DNA of 64,000 nt from assembly GCA_902793375.1 (NCBI GenBank), contig CADBDE010000001.1, positions 75,209 to 139,208 of the forward strand, written 5' to 3'. The notes under the pieces were generated by a model. That model worked only from the letters and a program-made list of their open reading frames with translations. It ran no database searches and had not been told where the DNA came from. The position numbers and the translations under genes are program-made. Positions within the stretch are counted from its first letter, which is position 1; each line of letters begins with the position of its first letter. Shown piece after piece: positions 57,877 through 64,000 of this stretch. The stretch is from an uncultured Erysipelotrichaceae bacterium. Its GTDB lineage: Bacteria > Bacillota_I > Bacilli_A > RF39 > UBA660.

Positions 57877-59661
57877 ATGGACAAATTAAAAAATAATACT
57901 CTATTTAAATATGGTTCTTTATTTGTCGAATTAATATTATATTACTTATTATTTGTTGTTAAAAAAGTAATTAGTTTTGGACTTGTTAGCCACATTACAA
58001 TGATAATAATAATTCTTTTAAACTTTTACTATTTTCATAAAAAAGCATTTAATAATTTAAAATTTAAAAGAAATGAATTTATATTTTTACTTATTATAAA
58101 TATATTAATTTCTTTTTGTGTATCAGGGAAAGTATTATTTATGCAAGAATACATAATGACTACAGGTATCAAACAAATTGTGTTGTTTTTACTTGTAAAT
58201 GTTTTTGTATTTCCATTTGTATATAACATCTTATATCTAATAGATAGTGCAAATATTATTGATAATAAGAAAAAAACAAATGATAGTAAAAAATTTGCAT
58301 TAAAAATATTTTTAATAACATTTATTACTTGGATGCTTATTGGAATTGCATTTTATCCAGGTAACATTACAGTTGATTCTGTTGTTCAAATAAAACAAGC
58401 AAGTGGAGAAGCTTTAATAAATGGATCACATCCAATATTTAGTACTTTATATATTAAGTGGTTATTAATGATATGGAATAATCCATTCATTATAATAATA
58501 ACTAACATTTTATTCTTTTCACTTGTTTTAACACGTATTTATAAATATTTATATGAAAAAAAAGCAAATACTAAATTCTTATATATATCTCTTTTAATAT
58601 TTATATTATCAGTAAATAATATTTCTATGATAACAATGGCATGGAAAGATATACCATTTACTATATCAATACTTTGGTTAACTTTTGAATTATATAAAAT
58701 TGTTAATGAAAAAGATTTATATTTTAAAAAAATAATTAATATAGTGTTCTTAATTATTTCATTGATATTTACTTACTTCTTTAGACAGAACGGATTATTT
58801 CCATATATTGTTGTAATTATTTATTTAATATATTTATTAATAAAAATAAAAGAAAAAGTAAGAATAATATCTACAATAGTAATAAGTATAATGTTAATTA
58901 TACTTATTAAAGGTCCTGTATTTAGTCATTATGCAGTGGATGATTCAAGTGGCTATTCAGTTGCAGGATCAGGTTCATTTGCTGGAAAAGGACTTGGAGC
59001 ATTAATATATTATGACGCTAAAATATCCAATTCTGATAAAGAATTAATCAGTCAGATGGGTAGTTTAGAAGATTTAAAACAACATTATGATGCTTATTCA
59101 ATTGATACATATTCACAAATTGATGGATGGAATGCTGGAATTGAAAAGATTGGAATTAATAAATTATATGAAGCATATATTAGAAACTTCTTTACTAATC
59201 CTAAAGTAATTATCAGGGATAAGTTAGATGGATGTAATCTATTATGGTCATATGGAACTCCAGAAGATGGGTATATTTACACATATGATTATGGAGTTGA
59301 TTTTACCGATAGTGTTGGTATTTTAAGACAATTTAAAGCAAATTATTATAATAAATATGTTCCAGAAAGAAATCTTATTAGTAAAGCAATTGGAATTTAT
59401 CAAGGAAAAACAGAACAGTTTAGTATTACTAAAATAATTATTTGGAGATTTGGATTTGTTCTTAGTATATTATTTGTTTTAGTATATTATATAATTACTA
59501 AAAAAATTAAATTATTACCAGTTGTGTATCCAACTGCAATAAGTATTCTATTTTGGTTAGTGCTTATGAATCATCAAAGTTATAGATATTTATGGTTTAT
59601 GTTTGTAAATATTTATTTTATGCTGATATTTGTATTATTAAACAAAAAATCAAAAAAATGA
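57877..59661 (+). CDS. Putative GT-C glycosyltransferase (DUF6020-like); paralog 2
   Basis: Collinear with 55011..56798 (AFYPGNIT, ITMAWKD, KGLGAL.YYD, IIRD.LDG.NLLWSY, QSYRY). Confidence 0.65.
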   Translation: MDKLKNNTLFKYGSLFVELILYYLLFVVKKVISFGLVSHITMIIIILLNFYYFHKKAFNNLKFKRNEFIFLLIINILISFCVSGKVLFMQEYIMTTGIKQIVLFLLVNVFVFPFVYNILYLIDSANIIDNKKKTNDSKKFALKIFLITFITWMLIGIAFYPGNITVDSVVQIKQASGEALINGSHPIFSTLYIKWLLMIWNNPFIIIITNILFFSLVLTRIYKYLYEKKANTKFLYISLLIFILSVNNISMITMAWKDIPFTISILWLTFELYKIVNEKDLYFKKIINIVFLIISLIFTYFFRQNGLFPYIVVIIYLIYLLIKIKEKVRIISTIVISIMLIILIKGPVFSHYAVDDSSGYSVAGSGSFAGKGLGALIYYDAKISNSDKELISQMGSLEDLKQHYDAYSIDTYSQIDGWNAGIEKIGINKLYEAYIRNFFTNPKVIIRDKLDGCNLLWSYGTPEDGYIYTYDYGVDFTDSVGILRQFKANYYNKYVPERNLISKAIGIYQGKTEQFSITKIIIWRFGFVLSILFVLVYYIITKKIKLLPVVYPTAISILFWLVLMNHQSYRYLWFMFVNIYFMLIFVLLNKKSKK

Positions 59662-59673
59662 AGGGAGGATAGT

Positions 59674-60900
59674 ATGAAGGGGAATTTAAAAAAGAATTTT
59701 ATTTGGAATTCCATAGGTGCAACTATAAATGCAGCTTCTTCTTTATTTTTCTTAATAATTGTAACAAGAATAAATGGAGTAGATAATGCAGGGATTTTTA
59801 CATTTGCATTTTCTACTGCATGCCTATTATATATTGTAGGTACTTATTCTGGAAGAACTTATCAAGTAACTGAACCGAACAAAGAAATAACTGATAGTGA
59901 TTATTTTTATACAAGAATTTTTACTTCATTGATGATGATTATTTTTGCAATAATTTTCTCGATTATAAAAGGATATCAAATTGATAAAACAGTTATTATT
60001 GTTACTCTTGTGGTATATAAATCTATTGAGTCAATGTTTGATGTTATATATGGATTATTTCAAAAAAATGATGAATTATATAAAGTAGGAATTTCATTAT
60101 TTGTTAAAGCAATAGTACAAGTCTTATCGTTTATTATTATTAATGTAATAACACACGATTTACTATTATCTTCTTTGGGATTAATAATATCAAATTTAGT
60201 AATATTTATTATTTACGATTTACGTAATTTTAAAAAGTATAATTTTAAATTTAAAAAAATTAATTATTCACATATAAAACACATTTTAATATTTGGATTT
60301 TGGACATTTTTGTTTACTTTTTTAACACAGTACTTATTGAGTGCACCTAAATATGCTATCGATAATTTGTTATCAGATGAAATTCAAACAATTTATGGGA
60401 TTATTTCTATGCCTGCTACTATTATGGTTTTATCTAGTCAGTTTTTATCTCAACCATTTTTGAGTTCAATGTCATCTAGTATAAAAGAAAAAAAATATGA
60501 TATATTTAATAGTATTATTATAAAACTAATTATAGCTTTATTTATAATTGGTGCTTTGTTCTCGTTAGTTGCATATATAATTGGAATACCATTTTTAGAA
60601 TTAATTTATTCAGTTAAATTGGAACCATATTTATGGTCTTTAATGTTAGTTATATTTGGGGCTATATTTTTTGGCGTTACAAGTATTATTTCCTGTGGAT
60701 TAATTACAGTTAGAAAAACAATGGGACAATCTATTATATTTATTATTGTAAGTATATTTGCTTTTCTTATTTCTAATTATTTTGTTAAATATGATGGTGT
60801 ATTTGGAGCGTCTTTGTCTTATTTTTTATCTATGTTATTATTAATGATTTTATATTATATATTTTATTTTTTTGAATATAAAAAATTGAAAAGAGGTTAA
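59674..60900 (+). CDS. Wzx/MOP-family oligosaccharide flippase
   Basis: KNFIWN..G, TR..G....G, R.YQVT, PKY.ID; about 12 TM helices. Confidence 0.85.
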   Translation: MKGNLKKNFIWNSIGATINAASSLFFLIIVTRINGVDNAGIFTFAFSTACLLYIVGTYSGRTYQVTEPNKEITDSDYFYTRIFTSLMMIIFAIIFSIIKGYQIDKTVIIVTLVVYKSIESMFDVIYGLFQKNDELYKVGISLFVKAIVQVLSFIIINVITHDLLLSSLGLIISNLVIFIIYDLRNFKKYNFKFKKINYSHIKHILIFGFWTFLFTFLTQYLLSAPKYAIDNLLSDEIQTIYGIISMPATIMVLSSQFLSQPFLSSMSSSIKEKKYDIFNSIIIKLIIALFIIGALFSLVAYIIGIPFLELIYSVKLEPYLWSLMLVIFGAIFFGVTSIISCGLITVRKTMGQSIIFIIVSIFAFLISNYFVKYDGVFGASLSYFLSMLLLMILYYIFYFFEYKKLKRG

Positions 60901-60901
60901 T

Positions 60902-61807
60902 ATGAAAAAAGTTCTAGTTTTATTATCTTCTTATAATGGAGAAAAGTATATTGAAGAACAATTAAATAGTATAGTTAATCAAACATATAAAAACATAGAT
61001 ATTTATATAAGAGATGATGGTTCTAAAGATAATACTTTAAAAATATTAAAAGAATATGAAAAAAAATATAAAAATATTAAAGTTGAGTCAGGAAAAAACA
61101 AAGGATTTCTTGGAAGTTTTTTTGGAATGTTAAAAAAATGTGATAAATATGATTATTATGCTTTTTGTGATCAAGATGATGTTTGGGTTGATGATAAAAT
61201 TGAAAAAGCAGTAAGGATGTTAGATAAAGAGGATGATAATCAAATATTATTATATGCATCAAATTACGATTATTATGATTCAAATATGAATTTTATTAGT
61301 CATACAGGAAGAGTTGGTAAAAAACCATCTTTCGCGAAAGCAATAGTAGAAAACATTGCACCTGGAATGACAATGGTTATAAATAATAATGCAAGAGATA
61401 AAATTATAAATAATAATTATGAAGCTTGTTTATTACACGATTGGTGGACTTACTTAATATGTGTTGGAATGGGAAAAGTAATTTATGATGATTCAATAAC
61501 AGTAAAATATAGAAGACATGAAAAAAATGTTACTACAGTTGAAAAAGGAATTATAAAAACATTTATTTGGCGTATAAAAACATTTATCTTTGGAGATCAT
61601 TTCAGTGATTTAAAGAAACAGTTGTTGTCTTATAAAGAAACCTTTTATGATAGTTTGAACAAAAAAAATCAAAAACTTTTAAACTTGTTTTGTAAAAAGA
61701 AATCAATTATTACACAAATTAGAAAAATATTTTATCCAGTTAGATTTAAAGATAAAATTAGACATGAAATAATGATTAGAGCAATGTTTCTATTAGGAAG
61801 GATATAA
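60902..61807 (+). CDS. GT2 glycosyltransferase, rhamnosyltransferase (RgpB-like) type
   Basis: SYNGEKYI.EQL.SI, RDDGS.D, FCDQDDVW, HDWW, YR.H..N. Confidence 0.85.
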   Translation: MKKVLVLLSSYNGEKYIEEQLNSIVNQTYKNIDIYIRDDGSKDNTLKILKEYEKKYKNIKVESGKNKGFLGSFFGMLKKCDKYDYYAFCDQDDVWVDDKIEKAVRMLDKEDDNQILLYASNYDYYDSNMNFISHTGRVGKKPSFAKAIVENIAPGMTMVINNNARDKIINNNYEACLLHDWWTYLICVGMGKVIYDDSITVKYRRHEKNVTTVEKGIIKTFIWRIKTFIFGDHFSDLKKQLLSYKETFYDSLNKKNQKLLNLFCKKKSIITQIRKIFYPVRFKDKIRHEIMIRAMFLLGRI

Positions 61808-61810
61808 TAT

Positions 61811-62764
61811 ATGAAAGTATCTATAATAATACCTGTTTATAATGCAAGTAAAACTATAGAAAAGTGTTTAAAAAGCATAATAAAACAAACATACAAAAAT
61901 ATAGAAATAATAATAATAAATGATGGTTCAAAAGATAATTCTTTAGAAATAATAAATAAACTATCAAAAAAAGATAAAAGAATAATTGTTATTGATAAAG
62001 AAAATGAAGGAGTTGCAAATACTAGAAATTTAGGAATAAAAAAAGCAACGGGAAAATATATAATGTTTATTGATAATGATGATTATATAGAAAATAATTA
62101 TGTAGAGTCATTTATTAATGCAATTGATGACAATGATATATTAATTGGTGGATATAAAAGAATTGATGAAAATGGTAAAGAAATACTATCTCAGTCTTTA
62201 AAAAATACAGAATGGTCAAAATATATAGTTTTAGCACCATGGGCTAAATTATATAGAAAAGAATTTTTATTAAAAAATAATATTCATTTTTTAGATTATA
62301 AAATTGGTGAAGATGTTTACTTTAATTTATCAGCATATTCTAAGACATCTAAAATAAAAATAATAGATAATAAAGATTATATTTGGTTTTATAATTCAAA
62401 GAGTGTATCAAATACAAAACAAAGGGGACTTAATAAGGAAATAGATATAGTATTTTTATTGAATAAAATAATAAAAGAAATAAAAATTAAAGATAAATAT
62501 ATAAATTATTTTATTGAAAGATATATTGTTTGGTATCTATTGTTTTCTGGTAAACAAAGTAATAAAAAAGATTTCATTAATGAATTTAATAGATTATATA
62601 CATGGAAAAAAGAAAATAAGATAAAGAGCAAAATATTTCCTTTTTCGTTTAAACTAAAAGGGGAGAGTTTTAAAAATAGAAGTGCAGTTTTATTATTTAG
62701 AATAATAAAACTAATTCACTTAAAAAAACTATTTGCTAGAGTATATTGTAAGGGTGATGATTAA
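61811..62764 (+). CDS. GT2 glycosyltransferase
   Basis: VSIIIPVYN, NDGS.D, N.G...RN.G, FIDNDD, PW.KLY, GED. Confidence 0.9.
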   Translation: MKVSIIIPVYNASKTIEKCLKSIIKQTYKNIEIIIINDGSKDNSLEIINKLSKKDKRIIVIDKENEGVANTRNLGIKKATGKYIMFIDNDDYIENNYVESFINAIDDNDILIGGYKRIDENGKEILSQSLKNTEWSKYIVLAPWAKLYRKEFLLKNNIHFLDYKIGEDVYFNLSAYSKTSKIKIIDNKDYIWFYNSKSVSNTKQRGLNKEIDIVFLLNKIIKEIKIKDKYINYFIERYIVWYLLFSGKQSNKKDFINEFNRLYTWKKENKIKSKIFPFSFKLKGESFKNRSAVLLFRIIKLIHLKKLFARVYCKGDD

Positions 62765-63562
62765 ATGAGTGAAGAAATAATACATACATTTGTAGTTTTG
62801 GCATACAAAGAGTCTAAATATTTAGAGGAATGTATTAATTCTGTTTTAAATCAAACAGTGAAATCTAATGTTGTTATTGCAACATCTACCCCAAATGATT
62901 TTATTAAGAAAATAGCTAAAAAATATAAGTTAGACATTGTAGTTAATAAAAGTGAAAAAAAGGGTATTGGATATGATTTTGATTTTGCAAAAAATGTAGG
63001 TAAAACTCCTCTTGTTACTATTGCTCATCAAGATGATATATATGATGAAAATTATGCTGAAGAAATGATTAAAGCTTATAAAAAGAAAAAGAAATCTTTA
63101 ATTATATTTCCAGATTATTATGAAATAAGAAAAGAAGGTAAAGTATATAAGAATAAGAATTTAAAAATAAAAAAATTCTTATTATTAAAATTAAGAATTC
63201 ATGGCTGGTCAAAAACAAAGTTCATAAAAAGATCTGCCTTAAGATATGGGTGTGCTATTGGATGTCCTTCAGTAACATTTGTTCAAGAAAACTGTCCAAA
63301 TAAAGTGTTTGAAAGTGATATGAAGTGTGATATAGATTGGTTAGCATGGGAAAGGTTATCTAAAGAAAAAGGTTACTTCTATTATATTCATAAACCATTA
63401 ATGGGACATAGAATATATGATGAATCAACTACATCAAAAGTATTAAAAGATAATGGCAGAACAAAAGAAGACTATGAAATGTTTTGTAAATTTTGGCCAA
63501 AGTTTATTGCTAAAAGAATAACAAAATTTTATCAAAAGTCAGAAAAGAGTAATCAAGACTAA
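62765..63562 (+). CDS. GT2 family glycosyltransferase
   Basis: HTFVV.AYKES.YLEECI.S, AHQDD.Y, CPSVT, DW..W, HRI. Confidence 0.85.
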   Translation: MSEEIIHTFVVLAYKESKYLEECINSVLNQTVKSNVVIATSTPNDFIKKIAKKYKLDIVVNKSEKKGIGYDFDFAKNVGKTPLVTIAHQDDIYDENYAEEMIKAYKKKKKSLIIFPDYYEIRKEGKVYKNKNLKIKKFLLLKLRIHGWSKTKFIKRSALRYGCAIGCPSVTFVQENCPNKVFESDMKCDIDWLAWERLSKEKGYFYYIHKPLMGHRIYDESTTSKVLKDNGRTKEDYEMFCKFWPKFIAKRITKFYQKSEKSNQD

Positions 63563-63610
63563 TATCTTGAAATTAATTATAATATGTTATAAAATTAGTG
63601 TGGTGATAAT

Positions 63611-63787
63611 ATGAAACTTAATAATAAAGGTTGGGGAATGATTACGTTTTTAATAATAATTGGTATGTTATTTTTAATATTATTATTAATAGCTTTTCTT
63701 GCAAATGAATATGACGATGGACTTCCTTCTTCATCAGGACGTATTCATTTAGGAATAATAGACAAAGAAAAAAACTTAGAAATCTAA
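63611..63787 (+). CDS. 58-aa small membrane protein with a prepilin-like leader (not in the ORF track)
   Basis: RBS GGTGA; MKLNNKG|WGMITFLIIIGMLFLILLLIAFLANEYDDGLPSSSGRIHLGIIDKEKNLEI*. Confidence 0.6.
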   Translation: MKLNNKGWGMITFLIIIGMLFLILLLIAFLANEYDDGLPSSSGRIHLGIIDKEKNLEI

Positions 63788-63793
63788 GTTTTT
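63768..63793. terminator. Bidirectional terminator between convergent genes
   Basis: AAAAACTTAGA-AA-TCTAAGTTTTT. Confidence 0.6.
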
Positions 63794-64000
63794 ATTTTTT
63801 GTTTTGTTTTTTTAGTAAGTCCCTAATTTCTTCAAGAAGAACAACTTCATCACTTTTCTTTGCTTCTTCTTTCTTTTCTTCTTTTTTCTTAAACTTGTTG
63901 ATTATTTTAGTGATTGTGAATACACATAATGCAATAATTAAGAAATCAACTATTGCTTGAATAAATGCACCATATGCTATAAAAGAACCATTTACTTCAA
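63792..64000 (-). CDS. mscL: Large-conductance mechanosensitive channel MscL, 3' part (5' end beyond window)
   Basis: Reverse-strand translation ..IAYGAFIQAIVDFLIIALCVF..INKF..EVVLLEEIRDLLKKQNKK*. Confidence 0.93.
   Translation of the reverse strand, partial: EVNGSFIAYGAFIQAIVDFLIIALCVFTITKIINKFKKKEEKKEEAKKSDEVVLLEEIRDLLKKQNKK

Noticed and set aside
1..64000. tRNA/rRNA genes, IS elements, integrases
   Set aside because: Intergenic regions are short and AT-rich, with no cloverleaf or T-loop (GTTCGA) context, terminal inverted repeats or transposase ORFs seen.

Overview
Very AT-rich chromosomal segment from a Bacilli/Firmicutes-type bacterium. It uses genetic code 11 (TGA is a stop, shown by the prfB CTT-TGA-C frameshift site). 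Gene content and style suggest an uncultured, reduced-genome RF39-like Bacilli; this is inference. Nearly all genes are on the + strand. Housekeeping blocks: prs, rpsF-ssb-rpsR, divIC-tilS-ftsH, dusB, clpC-like, prfB, ftsEX plus an M23 hydrolase, uvrB/uvrA, lgt, secE-nusG-rplKAJL, rsmC-like, rpoBC and mscL, with S6:S18, L1 and L10 leader RNAs. Four accessory elements stand out. (1) A five-gene SipW operon (2936-12779) that reads as a TasA-like donor-strand fibre, with a PASTA-stalk membrane anchor and a 2161-aa tip adhesin ending in an intact MptpB/LipA-type phosphatase. (2) A type IV prepilin with a C-terminal C-type-lectin-like domain, inserted in the rplL-rpoB cluster. Its 3' end has the codon signature and downstream GAA-loop hairpin of a diversity-generating retroelement (DGR) variable region, but no reverse transcriptase (RT) or template repeat (TR) is in the window. 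(3) A zinc-ribbon membrane protein carrying the same pilin head without a prepilin leader. (4) A gacIJKL-like cell-wall glycan decoration locus with duplicated GT-C candidates. No tRNA, rRNA, CRISPR array, transposase or integrase was seen. Family assignments come from motifs read by eye; no database search was run.
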